A stretch of DNA of 64,000 nucleotides from a virus, in the IMG/VR virus record IMGVR_UViG_3300042988_000510, positions 1 through 64,000 of that record; one strand, given 5' to 3'. The notes under the pieces were generated by a model, which made no database searches, was not told where the DNA came from, and saw nothing but the letters and a program-made list of their open reading frames with translations. Positions 26,476 to 36,896 of the stretch are shown piece by piece (within the stretch, counting starts at the first letter, position 1; each line of letters starts with the position of its first letter). Both the position numbers and the translations under genes were made by a program.

Positions 26476-26547
26476 GACCTTGTGGCCAGTGCGGTTTCTG
26501 TGTTGGCCATCCTGTCTTGTGGTAAAATACCAGCAAAGCTATTCATC

Positions 26548-27651
26548 ATGATCATTACGGCAACACGCGAAACCCTGCTTGGCCCGCTGACGGCGGCCAT
26601 GCCGGCGGTCAAGAAATCGACCCTACCGATCCTCAGCAACATGCTGCTGGACGCGCAGGCCGATGGCTTGCACATAACGGCCACCGATCTGGACACGCAG
26701 ATTCGGTGCATGGTGGATGTCACCACTGAGCAACTGGGTGGTGTCACTCTGCCTGCTCGCAAGCTGCTGGACATCGTCAAACTGGCGCCAGCGGGCTCGA
26801 CCATCAAACTGGCTACTGCCGATCTGGGCAAGCTCCGGGTGCAGGCGGGACCGTCGCGGTACACGCTGGCCACGTTGCCAGTTGAGAACTTCCCATCGTT
26901 CGACCCGGGCGACATCATGCAGACGCTGGAGTTGCCGGCCGATGTCCTGTTGAAGGCGTTCAAGCGGGTGTCCTTCTGCGCGGCGGTCAACGACGTGCGC
27001 TACTTCCTCAACGGGGTGGCGATTCGGCTGTTGGCGCATGAACTCGAGACGGCGGCCAGTGACGGTCATCGGCTGGCCGTGATGCAAACCCCATTGGCCG
27101 AACCGCCGGATGTCCCGAGCGACAGGCACCGCATCCTGCCCCGTGATTCGGTGCTGGCCATGATGAAGTTCCTGGCTGATGCCAAGACGGGCGCGGTCAA
27201 GCTCCAGATCGGGGACCGCACTGCGAGTATCACCATCAGTGATCAGCAGTTCTCGACCCGGCTGGTTGAGGGCGCTTATCCCAACATTCAGCGGGTCATA
27301 CCCAAGGACACCACGACGCACTTCATCGTGCCTGTGGCCGATATGCTGGCGTCGATTGCCAGGGCCGGCGTCGTCAGGGAGGGCAAGGACAACCCCATCC
27401 AGGTAGCCATCGAGCAGGACTCCCTGACCATCGAGGCGGCCAATGCTGCAGGCGATGATGCGCGGGAGGTGCTGCCAATCAATCTGGATGGCACTCCACT
27501 GACGTTGGGCTTCAACGGCAGCTATCTGGCCGAGTCGCTGGGTCAAGTCGATGCCGATACCGCCGAGTTCAAACTGCGGGATAACTCCGGGCTGGTGCTG
27601 GACCCCAGTGAGCCGGGGTGGCTGTCGGTTGTCATGCCGATGCGGTTATGA
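26548..27651 (+). CDS. dnaN: DNA polymerase III beta sliding clamp
   Basis: 'TLPILSN', 'ATDLD', 'LPARKLLDI', 'DVRYFLNG', 'SDGHRLA', 'GFNGSYL', 'VVMPMRL'. Confidence 0.95.
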   Translation: MIITATRETLLGPLTAAMPAVKKSTLPILSNMLLDAQADGLHITATDLDTQIRCMVDVTTEQLGGVTLPARKLLDIVKLAPAGSTIKLATADLGKLRVQAGPSRYTLATLPVENFPSFDPGDIMQTLELPADVLLKAFKRVSFCAAVNDVRYFLNGVAIRLLAHELETAASDGHRLAVMQTPLAEPPDVPSDRHRILPRDSVLAMMKFLADAKTGAVKLQIGDRTASITISDQQFSTRLVEGAYPNIQRVIPKDTTTHFIVPVADMLASIARAGVVREGKDNPIQVAIEQDSLTIEAANAAGDDAREVLPINLDGTPLTLGFNGSYLAESLGQVDADTAEFKLRDNSGLVLDPSEPGWLSVVMPMRL

Positions 27652-27796
27652 CCATGAAAGTCTGGGAGCAACGGTCGTGGCTGGCCCTGGTGATTTCATC
27701 GATTGCCTATACGGGCCACCATCCTGGTATTGCGTTGTACTGGTCTGTGATGGCATTGCTCTGTTGGGTGTTGAGTATGCGCCTTGAGCGTGACCC

Positions 27797-28237
27797 ATGA
27801 ACCCTCTCAAGTTCATCCCTGTCGCCGAGGCTATGGCGGGTCTGTCCAAGGACCCGCGTACCAAGGTCGGCGCCATCGTGATTGATGACGACGGCAACAT
27901 CCTCTCGACCGGGTGGAACTCATTCCCGCGTGGGGTGGACGACGATCCTGTGCGGTACGCTGATCGAGAGGTTAAGAACCGGTTGGTTTCCCATGCGGAA
28001 TCCAACTGTGTATCGCAGGCTGCCCGCAACGGTGTCCGGCTGAAAGGCTCCAGCATCATCGTGACCGAGTTATTCCCCTGCTCCAACTGCGCCAAGCTGA
28101 TCATTCAAGCCGGCATCCGCCGGGTGTATGCCCCGGTCATGAAGTCACATCACAGTGACCAGTGGTTCGAGGAAAAGGCGATCTCCGATCTGATGTTCGG
28201 TGAGGCTGGGGTTGAGGTGGTGGAGTACGCGCAATGA
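27797..28237 (+). CDS. dCMP deaminase-family protein
   Basis: 'SKDPRTKVGA', 'GWNSFPRG', 'HAESN', 'PCSNC'. Confidence 0.9.
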   Translation: MNPLKFIPVAEAMAGLSKDPRTKVGAIVIDDDGNILSTGWNSFPRGVDDDPVRYADREVKNRLVSHAESNCVSQAARNGVRLKGSSIIVTELFPCSNCAKLIIQAGIRRVYAPVMKSHHSDQWFEEKAISDLMFGEAGVEVVEYAQ

Positions 28238-28449
28238 CGAGTGCAGTCAAGGCAGGTGAAAAAACACCCGTTAGGGTGATCTGGAGAACTGGTGACCTAG
28301 ACCAGTGGGAATACTTCTGGCTGATTGAGGCCGGCGAACACTGGGTCACGCTCCAGGGGCGCGATACGCCAGATGGCTTTAAGCATGTTGGGGACACCAT
28401 TATCGTTCCTGCGCGGGATATCCGTGACATGGTTGTGTGCAGCCAATGA
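28234..28449 (+). CDS. Hypothetical protein
   Basis: ATGA-coupled on both sides. Confidence 0.6.
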   Translation: MTSAVKAGEKTPVRVIWRTGDLDQWEYFWLIEAGEHWVTLQGRDTPDGFKHVGDTIIVPARDIRDMVVCSQ

Positions 28450-29060
28450 CCAAGAAAGCCAGTGAGTTGCGAGCCGATGCCGTCAAGGCAGGGAAGAAGA
28501 CTTACACTGGCAGTCCGTGTCGGAGGCATCCTGAGAACCGGGAGCGTCTGGCCAGCAACAACAATTGCATCATCTGCTCGAAGGAGAACTCTCGGGCGCG
28601 TCGGGCCGGTGGTCCAATCAAGGAGGGCGGCCGGCCTTCACTGTTGACCGACGAACTGACCATGCAATTGTGCCAAGCCATCGCGGCTGGCAACTACCTT
28701 GAGACGGCGTGCCAGTTTGCCGGGGTGCGTGTGGGCACGGTTCGGGAGTGGATTTTCATGGGCGTGAGGGCCGAGGACCCAACTGATCCGTATGCCGTGT
28801 TTGCCACCGCCATAAAAAAAGCCGAGGCTCAGGCCGAGATTCAGGGGGTCATGCGAATCCGCAAGGCATCCGAGGAAAGCTGGCAGGCCATGGCCTGGTG
28901 GCTGGAGCGGGCACGCAAGCCGAGGTGGTCACAGCATGTGCAAATTGACGTGAGGCAAATGTCTGATGAGGAACTCGCCGAGCTTATCCTTGGTGGACTT
29001 GGTGGCGGAGGCGCGGAGGCGGGGGATGTCCTTGCCTCCGGCGGTGGAGGCTCAACTTAG
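28446..29060 (+). CDS. Probable terminase small subunit with N-terminal zinc finger
   Basis: 'YTGSPCRRH..CIIC', 'GRPSLLT', HTH, 'WQAMAWWLER'; directly upstream of terL. Confidence 0.7.
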   Translation: MTKKASELRADAVKAGKKTYTGSPCRRHPENRERLASNNNCIICSKENSRARRAGGPIKEGGRPSLLTDELTMQLCQAIAAGNYLETACQFAGVRVGTVREWIFMGVRAEDPTDPYAVFATAIKKAEAQAEIQGVMRIRKASEESWQAMAWWLERARKPRWSQHVQIDVRQMSDEELAELILGGLGGGGAEAGDVLASGGGGST

Positions 29061-31029
29061 GCAGGAGGCCAGCCGGCGCAGCATGTCCCTGGGTGGCGAC
29101 CAAGCCATCCTGATTCCGGAGGACATGACTTTTCGGGAGTGGTGCGAGACACTGGGCCAGCAGGGGCTTAAGGTCGATGGTCATGCGTTCACCCTGGCGA
29201 ATCGTCGGTCCCTGTGGGAAATCTACGACCACATCCCGACTCACGCCGAGGACGCTTTCGGCAAGACCCTGGTGCTGCAGAAGGGCGCACAGATGGGCCT
29301 GACGGTGTTCGAGATTCTGGCGAACCTCTACATGGCCATCAAGTTCGCCCCGTGCAAGGTGCTGATGTACCTCCCGGATCGCTCGATGGCGGCTTACAAA
29401 TCCTCGCAGCGGTTCATGCCGATCTTGCGGTCGGCGCCGAGCATCTACCCGCTGATCGCCACGGACGGGCGCAACGAGGGCAACACCCTGACCCGGGTCA
29501 TGCCGGGCCTGGGGTCGAATTTCCTGTTCCTGTGGACCTCTGGGCGCGACGGTGGCGTGACCGAGTCATTCCCGGGTGACGTCCTGTCGCTCGATGAATG
29601 CCAGGGCATGACGCTGGAGCAGATAGACCGGGTGCGGGAGCGATTGTCGGCTTCGCGCATCCGCTTCACGCTCATGCTCTCGACGCCGATGTACCCCGAG
29701 ATGGACGTCAATGCCCATTTTCTCAGGGGTACCCAGCACCGGTTCCACACGCGGTGCGGGTGTGACGATGGCGTAGTGCTCACTGACGTGTTTTTGCGGG
29801 CAGCCATCTCCAGTGCCGGCTCGCTGCCGATCAAGTACAACCGGGACCAGTATGACGGGGCGCCCGAGGATTTCGTCTACTTCTGCCCGACCTGTGATGC
29901 CTGGATACCCGATCCGCAGGCGGGTGAGTGGCGGCCGACGCAGCCCGAGGCGACGGCAATCAGCTACCACATGAGCCAGATTCTCAGCCCGACCGTGACG
30001 CCACGGGAAATGATGGAGGCATGGGGCGGGGCCAGGACCATCCCGCAGAAGGAGTCGTTCTTCCGGCGTAAGCTGGGCACTCCCTACATCGACCCCAGCC
30101 AGGCGCCGATCTCGCTGGATTTGCTGCGACGTTGCGTGCAGGAGGGTTTGCGACTGGGTGTTGGGTGGAAGAAGTCCGGCAAGCGCACGGTTATGGGTGT
30201 CGATCAGATGGGCTCGTTCTCCTGCGTCACCATTGCTGAGCGGCTGGATTGCGGCAAGATCGCGGTGATCCATGTGGAGGCAGTGTACGCGCTGGACCCC
30301 TGGTCGCGGCTGGACGAGTTGATGGTGGCCTATGGTGTGCAGATTTGCGTGGCCGAGCAGCTTCCAAGCATCGATTCGGCGCGGCAGTTCGCCAAGCGAT
30401 GGGAGGGGCGGGTGTTTCTCATCACGTCCTATGGTGACATGGAGGATATGGTGGTCTGGGGCGATACCGCGTGGTCCAAGACCGAGGTCAAGACCGACGA
30501 GGCGTTCCGCGACCGGCACACAGTCAGGGCCGATCAGTACCGGGTTATGTCCTGGGCGTTTGCCAGGTTGGCCGAGCAGTTCATCGTGTTCCCCGATCCG
30601 GCCGGCTTGCAGCAGGAGATACTTGAAGCTGGCATGGGTAAGGTCGGGCCGATCCTGGATATGGCATTCCTGCACTACACCAAGACCGGGTTGGTCATTG
30701 ATCAGGACGACGAGGAGCGCAAGACTCGGCGGCGTGTCATCAAGCTCGGCATGGACCCACACTTCAGTTTCGCGCTGATGGCCCTGTGCATCGGCTGGTT
30801 CCGGGCGCATGGCACCGCCACGTTCATCCTGCCGACCGAACCCACGGCTGCCCGGCTGGATATGCCGGGTCTGCCTGAGCACGTCGTCAGCGCGATTGAG
30901 GACGCTACGCAGCCGGGTACGTGCGGGGCTTGTGTCTCATTCGACGCGGCGCGGGGCTGGTGTACCGAGCGGAATCTTTTGGTCCGCAATATCGATCCGG
31001 CATGCGGGTTATTTGATTCCGGTGTATAA
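28966..31029 (+). CDS. Terminase large subunit (lambda gpA-like)
   Basis: Walker A-like 'QKGAQMGLT', Walker B 'LSLDE', 'LSTP', Cys clusters, nuclease 'MGVDQ'. Start uncertain. Confidence 0.85.
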   Translation: MRNSPSLSLVDLVAEARRRGMSLPPAVEAQLRQEASRRSMSLGGDQAILIPEDMTFREWCETLGQQGLKVDGHAFTLANRRSLWEIYDHIPTHAEDAFGKTLVLQKGAQMGLTVFEILANLYMAIKFAPCKVLMYLPDRSMAAYKSSQRFMPILRSAPSIYPLIATDGRNEGNTLTRVMPGLGSNFLFLWTSGRDGGVTESFPGDVLSLDECQGMTLEQIDRVRERLSASRIRFTLMLSTPMYPEMDVNAHFLRGTQHRFHTRCGCDDGVVLTDVFLRAAISSAGSLPIKYNRDQYDGAPEDFVYFCPTCDAWIPDPQAGEWRPTQPEATAISYHMSQILSPTVTPREMMEAWGGARTIPQKESFFRRKLGTPYIDPSQAPISLDLLRRCVQEGLRLGVGWKKSGKRTVMGVDQMGSFSCVTIAERLDCGKIAVIHVEAVYALDPWSRLDELMVAYGVQICVAEQLPSIDSARQFAKRWEGRVFLITSYGDMEDMVVWGDTAWSKTEVKTDEAFRDRHTVRADQYRVMSWAFARLAEQFIVFPDPAGLQQEILEAGMGKVGPILDMAFLHYTKTGLVIDQDDEERKTRRRVIKLGMDPHFSFALMALCIGWFRAHGTATFILPTEPTAARLDMPGLPEHVVSAIEDATQPGTCGACVSFDAARGWCTERNLLVRNIDPACGLFDSGV

Positions 31030-31196
31030 TAGCAATGCTCGCGTTATTCCGATTAGCAACTGTGGCAACTGCCAGCGGTTCGATCCGAAGAAGCTGGGCG
31101 CTTGCTGGGGGTATTGCCGGTTCCCCTTTCCGAAAAGCAAGCACACGGGGTTGACCATGAACACCGACACATGCCGGCACTGGACAAGGAGAGAAC

Positions 31197-31568
31197 GTGA
31201 ACTTCACAGATGACAATGAGATATCGGTGCCTCCGGCCGAATTTTCCCTGCAAGTGATTGAGCATCTGGACCTGGAGGCGCTCCAGGCAGTGGCAGCCAA
31301 GGCGGCCGAGCGGCTGGATAAGGTGCTCGAGGAGACCAGGGTGCACGAACTGGCGATGCTGGACTCGCTGGCCAAGAAGTACGGCGCGACCGTAACTTGG
31401 CCCAAGACCAAGAAGTCCGTGCGTCCGCGTCCGCGCAAGCCGGCGCCGGTACGGTTCATCGATCCGGCCAATCCGGAGAAGACCTGGACCGGCCGTGGTC
31501 GACAGCCGAAGTGGCTGCAGTCGTATGTGGGTCAGGGCCGGGCTCCGAGTGAGTTTCTGGTGTCATGA
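31197..31568 (+). CDS. H-NS-family nucleoid protein
   Basis: H-NS signature 'RFIDPANPEKTWTGRGRQPKWL'. Confidence 0.85.
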   Translation: MNFTDDNEISVPPAEFSLQVIEHLDLEALQAVAAKAAERLDKVLEETRVHELAMLDSLAKKYGATVTWPKTKKSVRPRPRKPAPVRFIDPANPEKTWTGRGRQPKWLQSYVGQGRAPSEFLVS

Positions 31569-32261
31569 TGGGTGAGCGTGCGGCCCAACACCTAATACAG
31601 AATCGCCTGCTTGATTATTTGCGATATCACCATGACGTGACGCCGGCTTCGGCCGCAAAGTCGCTGGGCCTTGATCGGCGTCAGGTGCAGGGCGAACTAT
31701 CGATTCTGGTTGGCCTGGGCCAGGTGTCGTCATCTGTGAACAGTCTCGGTGTGACCAGTTACAGGCTTGTGGAGGCAGTAGTGGAAACCAAACCAGAGCC
31801 CAGGCCGCGCAGTAAGCCGTTCTCGGCGACACGGGTGACTGGGGCTTACGTGAAAAATGGCAACCTGACCATTACGGTCAACCGACGGCTGAACGCCAGG
31901 AGCTTCACGATCAGCAAAAAGGATTTCGACGTGCTGGCGCAAATCTACGGGAAGTCGGGTGTGTTCGGTGATAGCTGAAATGACTCTGGCCCTGGCGGTG
32001 ACATCCTGCGGCTGGGGCCAGCAGCCGATGCTGGATGCGTATGGCAATTCGACCTGCGTCCAGGCGCAGACCGGTGAGTCCCGCAAGGTTGATGGCAGCC
32101 TGGCGGATTGCCCTACCGGCATGATCCCGCTGCTTACCCAGTATGGTCCTGCTTGTGTGCAGAAGGACACGGCGCAACCCTACTTCAACCAGACCGGCAG
32201 TTGCCCGAACGGCACGGCGCGGGGGCTGGATCGGTATGGGAATCGGGCGTGTTTGAAGTAA
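31565..32261 (+). CDS. HTH-containing hypothetical (31565..31978) and small Cys-paired, possibly exported protein (~31968..32261)
   Basis: Coupled ORFs; the second has three 'D/QxYGxxCV'-like repeats. Confidence 0.55.
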
Positions 32262-32529
32262 CTGAATGACTCAGGCCGACCGGGAGCCACAGACTCAATC
32301 CCGGTACCAATTACGATGCGGAGTAGGTTGGGGGTTCCTGGCCGTTGCCGGGGGAACCCGGCCCGCATCACTTATTTGGGCTGGCAGTTGAGACCGGTCA
32401 TTGGGCCAATGGACGGAAAGCCACTCGCGGGGGAGCTACCGACAAGCCCTTAATCCCGGGGCGCTGCGCGGGTCGCCACCGCAAGCAGCCCGAATCGACC
32501 GCCGGAGCGTATCTCCGGCAACCAATGCC

Positions 32530-32605
32530 GCCGGGCTCGTTCAAACGGTAGGACGTCGCATCCGTAATGCGAATGTTGGGGGTTCGACTCCCTCGCCTGG
32601 CTCCA
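32530..32605 (+). tRNA. tRNA-Thr (anticodon CGT)
   Basis: Cloverleaf: acceptor GCCGGGC/GCCTGGC, D-stem GTTC/GGAC, anticodon arm TCGCA-TCCGTAA-TGCGA, T-arm GGGGG-TTCGACT-CCCTC, encoded CCA; 76 nt. Confidence 0.85.
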
Positions 32606-32648
32606 ACTTCGTGACGACATACTGACCAAAACACCATAGGGTCATCCC

Positions 32649-34355
32649 ATGTCCGACGCACTCCAGACCGCATTCGACTTTCAGGCTCCAGCCGACGAAC
32701 GCCAGCAGGCGCACACCGAGGCGACCCAGGACGCACTGAACAAGGGGCTGTCCAGCCTTATCCCGCCTGCCGACCTGATGCCGGTCATTGACTGGATCAA
32801 TCAGGACCTGGAGGATCAGGCCATGGCCAAGGCGATGAACAACGTCGTGCAGTTCCCTGGTGGCCGCCAGCGTGACAAGAAAGCCGGCATGAAGTCGGTG
32901 CATCTGGATGATCTGCAACTGTTGATCCGGGGCGAGTGGTATGAGAAGCCTGGCTTCCTGTCACCCGAGGCGATGCGGACCATGATCCAGCAGACGCCGA
33001 TCCTGTCGGCGATTGTCGGCACTCGCATCCGCCAGGTGACACGCTTCTGCCGACCGCAGGAGAGCGGGCGCGGGCCGGGGTTCGAGATTCGCCATGTCGA
33101 CCGCGACCGCGAACTGACTGAATCCGAGCGCGAGTCCGTTATCGTCATGCAGAAGTTTTTCTCGAACTGCGGCATGGAGTTTGATGCACGGCGGCGGCGG
33201 GCGCTCAAGCGCGACAACCTCACCGCGTTCATGTCCAAGCTGGTCCGGGACTCATTGACCATGGACATGACCGCCATCGAAACCGAGATGAAGCGGGACC
33301 GATCCAAGGGTATCGACGGGCTGTATGCCATCGACGGCGCCACGATTCGCCTGTGCGACGAAGACGGCTACCATGGGGATGATTCCATCGTGGCCCTGCA
33401 AGTCGTCAACGGCGCGGTCAGGACGGCTTACACGCCGTTCGATATCATCACCGAGGTGCGCAACCCGCGATCCGACATCGTCATCGGTGGTTATGGGCTG
33501 AGCGAGACGGAGTTGCTGATCAAGGTCACCACTGGTCTGCTCAACGTCCTGAACCTCAACGCCGACTATTTCAACAAGAACTCGATCCCTCCTGGCGTGC
33601 TGCATCTGCATGGCAACTATGCCCAGGAGGACCTGAGCGCATTCCGACGCTACTGGCGAGCGATGATTACCGGTGGCGGCGGCCCTGGCTCCAGCCGGTT
33701 CAGCATGCCGGTGCTGGTGTCCAAGGACCAGGAGTCCAAGGCATCATTCGAGAAGTTCGGGGTGGACGTCGACGACATGCTGTTCGGCAAGTTTGTCACC
33801 TTCCTGACCTCGATTGCCTGCTCGATCTATGCGATGGACCCGAGCGAGATTTCCTTCGAGTCGTTCACCGCCGGCCGGGCGCCGCTGTCTGGTAGCGACA
33901 CCACCGAGAAACTGGCGTCCAGTGTCGACAAGGGGCTGCGGCCGTTGCTGACCTATTTCGAGGACGTGTTCTCGGATTACGTCGTGTCGACCTTCGACAG
34001 CAACTACTGCTTCAGGTGGACCGGGTTGGACGAGGACGACCGGCAGGTGACCGAGGAGCGGGCGCGGCTGGTGCTCACTGTCAATGAGCTACGGGCTCAG
34101 GAGGGGTATGAGAAGCTGGAGGGTCCGTTGGGTGACGCCCCGCTGAATCCTTCCCTGGTTGGGCCTTGGATGCAAATGGCCCAGGCCGGGATGGGTGAGG
34201 ATGTTCCCGGCACCACCGAGGGCGAGGATGGGCAGGAAGGGCAAGCATCACCCGAGGCCGAGGCGCAACTGAATGAGATCGACAGCCTGGCCAGTCAGGT
34301 GGGTGAGGACTTCTGGAAGTCCATGACCGGCGCGACGGTGTTTAAGTTGGGTTAG
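32649..34355 (+). CDS. Portal protein
   Basis: 'LVRDSLTMD', 'YAIDGATIR', 'NPRSD...GYGLSETE', 'PPGVL', 'GLRPLL', 'TVNELR'; downstream of terL. Confidence 0.9.
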   Translation: MSDALQTAFDFQAPADERQQAHTEATQDALNKGLSSLIPPADLMPVIDWINQDLEDQAMAKAMNNVVQFPGGRQRDKKAGMKSVHLDDLQLLIRGEWYEKPGFLSPEAMRTMIQQTPILSAIVGTRIRQVTRFCRPQESGRGPGFEIRHVDRDRELTESERESVIVMQKFFSNCGMEFDARRRRALKRDNLTAFMSKLVRDSLTMDMTAIETEMKRDRSKGIDGLYAIDGATIRLCDEDGYHGDDSIVALQVVNGAVRTAYTPFDIITEVRNPRSDIVIGGYGLSETELLIKVTTGLLNVLNLNADYFNKNSIPPGVLHLHGNYAQEDLSAFRRYWRAMITGGGGPGSSRFSMPVLVSKDQESKASFEKFGVDVDDMLFGKFVTFLTSIACSIYAMDPSEISFESFTAGRAPLSGSDTTEKLASSVDKGLRPLLTYFEDVFSDYVVSTFDSNYCFRWTGLDEDDRQVTEERARLVLTVNELRAQEGYEKLEGPLGDAPLNPSLVGPWMQMAQAGMGEDVPGTTEGEDGQEGQASPEAEAQLNEIDSLASQVGEDFWKSMTGATVFKLG

Positions 34356-35658
34356 GCTTGTCCAAGAACGGCTGGATTTCTTCCTCGTAGACCTGTTCCC
34401 AGTCGCCGCCGAGCATTTCCTGTGCGGCGGCTTTGAGGAATTCCTCGCGGGACAGGCCGGTATCGTAGAGGGTTTCCTGGTTCAGGAATTGGGGCTCGAG
34501 CCCGCGATTGTCGGCCAAGTTGCGCAGGTAGACCCGAGGGAATACCCGGGAGTCCGGTTCTGAGTCCGGGTAGATGGCTGCGGCCATGGCCGTGAGTTCG
34601 GCTTGCAGTATCAGGATGTCATCACTTTTCTCGGGGGCATCCGGCAGCACGTCATAGAGCAGGGCGGCGGCCTCATGCGGGGCGAAATGGGTCAGGGTTC
34701 GGAAGTAGGTCATATCCATGGCTGTTTCTCAGGTTTTCTGCCCGGGCAGGGCTTGTGCGGCGTACTGTAGCACCTCGACAAAGTGTCCGAGCGACCCGAC
34801 GTGGCCCCAGGTGACATCGTCTGGGCTGGAGCCGTAGTGGTCGTCGTGGGACTCGTGGATGCGGTTCAGGAGTTCCTCTGCCTCCGCATATAGGACCATG
34901 TACCTGTCGAGGGGTTGGATGGAGTTGGGCGATGGCTGTTGCTTTTCGGTTTGCAGCAGTTCCAGCAGACGGATGAGTTCGTTCTCGCAGCATCCGTCCA
35001 AGCCGGGACCACTGATGAAGCCATCAATGATGTCGAACCCGGCTTGCTCTGCGAGTTGGTGGAGGGTTTGGTGTTTCATGGGGTTTCTCCGGTGGCGGCG
35101 GCTATGGCTGCGCGAATCTTGTCGGCGGCAAGGACCTGTCGCGCATATTTGCTTGCACCTCCCTCGTTGGCTGATGTTTGGGGAACAATGCCGCAGTCAA
35201 CTGCCTCAATCAGTGCCTCAAGCATCTCAGGCGCGGCGGCCATTAGCTTGGCGTTTGCCATTTCAGTATGCCGGTCCAGGCGTCGCCACAACTCGGCGAT
35301 TGCCATTTTTCCGGCAAATACCTCAAGCGATGTCGGCGTGCGATCTTCGACTATGTGCCATGGTCCCGGCGTATGCTTACTCATTGGTTTCTCCTGTGGC
35401 CCTAGCTATGGCTGCACGGGCTTGGTCGTAGCATCCATCTGCGCCTCCGCCAGGGTAGCTTGACAACCAATTAAGCGACCGCTGAAGAACCGCAAGAAGC
35501 TCAGGCGCGGCCGCGAACAATTTCGCATTCGCAGCGCAGGTTTCCTCTGGGCTGTAGTCGACCCGGATCATGAAGTCACCGATGATCTTGTCATTGGCGT
35601 CCAGCACGGTGATCTGGTACGGGCCGACGATCTTGAATGGGGCGGGGCTGTGGGGCAT
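34342..35658 (-). CDS. Inverted four-gene accessory operon (35377..35658, 35076..35384, 34729..35079, 34342..34719)
   Basis: Coupled ORFs; the first two are paralogous ('HTPGPW/HSPAPF...ANAKL.AAAPE.L...RAAIA.ATG'). Confidence 0.7.
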
Positions 35659-35685
35659 GGTTTCCTCCTGTGATTTCTTGTGGCC

Positions 35686-35713
35686 AGAATAGCACTGCTA
35701 TTCGGCCTGTCAA
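35686..35713 (-). promoter_or_regulatory. Promoter of the inverted operon, with operator in the spacer
   Basis: TTGACA(35713-35708)-16 nt-TATTCT; AATAGCACTGCTATT at 35688-35702. Confidence 0.7.
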
Positions 35714-35753
35714 GCGCAATCACTCGGTTTTGTCGTGATGCCATCATGATTCC

Positions 35754-36896
35754 ATGACCCTTCTACTCGATATCACCGACCTTCCGGCCCAGTACGCTAA
35801 CTCGGGGCTGGACCTCATGCACAAGGCCATGGCCGAGGGCGCTGACGGCTTTGTGCCGCACGAAAACCCGTACCTGACCCAGTTGGTCGAGGTGTTCCAT
35901 CAACGCGGCGTGACGCAGCTTGACGCGATGTGGGGCGAGTTACTGGACATCCTGCACGGCAGGCATCCGTTCGACCCGAACGCGGCGCATGGCCGCCTGA
36001 CGCAGGCGGAACTATCGCTTCTGGAGCAGTTGCTGAAAATGGGCGACCCAGATCAGTACACAGTCAACGACTGGATGTTGCTGGTCGACTACTGGCTGGA
36101 GCGGTATCTGCCTCCGACCTTCGCGGTCACCCAGGCGACCTGGCTGACGACACGGGCTGTTTTTATGGGGCGGCTGCAGGCGGTTATGGCCAAGCCAGCC
36201 GATATTGATCAGGCTCTGTCCCTGGCTCCGGCCCAGCCGATGACGGCGCCGATTGCTAAGGTCATCGAGTTCGGTCAGGCGCACGCTACCGAGAGCATCG
36301 TGTCCCTGGGTGATGCCGCCAAGCACAAGGTCAAGAACGCCATCATCAACCATCTCGAGGAGCAGTCCCTGGCGGGGAAGCAGTTCACGACCGGGCTGGA
36401 AGGTTTGCAGTCCAAGCTGTTCGATCAGTTTGGCGACATGAACAAGGATTGGCGCCGGATCGCCATCACCGAGACCGGCGAGATGGCCAATCAGGCGTTT
36501 GTGGCCGGGCAGCCGCCGGGCGCCAAGCTCAAGCGCATCGAGATGTACCGCGATGCCTGCCCGTTCTGCACCAAGATCAACGGGCTGATTGTCACCGTGG
36601 TTCCGCCGGATCAGCGGTTCAAAAATCCGTGGACGCATGTTTGGGTTGGCAAGACCAACATAGGCCGGTCGTCCAGCCCTATGAAGAAGGTGGGCGACAA
36701 GCTGGTCCCGCGTTCGCCCGATGAAATGTGGTGGCCTGCTGCCGGTTTGCAACACCCGAACTGCAGGGGCTCATGGGTGCCAGAACTGGTGGTTCAGCCT
36801 GGGGATGATCCAGAGTTCCACGACTATCTCAAAAACTTATGGCAATCTGCGGATAGCCAACCCACAACGGAGACCGAAGATGCTGCTGTTCTTTAA
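35754..36896 (+). CDS. Head morphogenesis protein (MuF/SPP1 gp7-like)
   Basis: 'RRIAITETGE', 'ACPFC', 'HPNCRGSW'; follows the portal. Confidence 0.75.
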   Translation: MTLLLDITDLPAQYANSGLDLMHKAMAEGADGFVPHENPYLTQLVEVFHQRGVTQLDAMWGELLDILHGRHPFDPNAAHGRLTQAELSLLEQLLKMGDPDQYTVNDWMLLVDYWLERYLPPTFAVTQATWLTTRAVFMGRLQAVMAKPADIDQALSLAPAQPMTAPIAKVIEFGQAHATESIVSLGDAAKHKVKNAIINHLEEQSLAGKQFTTGLEGLQSKLFDQFGDMNKDWRRIAITETGEMANQAFVAGQPPGAKLKRIEMYRDACPFCTKINGLIVTVVPPDQRFKNPWTHVWVGKTNIGRSSSPMKKVGDKLVPRSPDEMWWPAAGLQHPNCRGSWVPELVVQPGDDPEFHDYLKNLWQSADSQPTTETEDAAVL

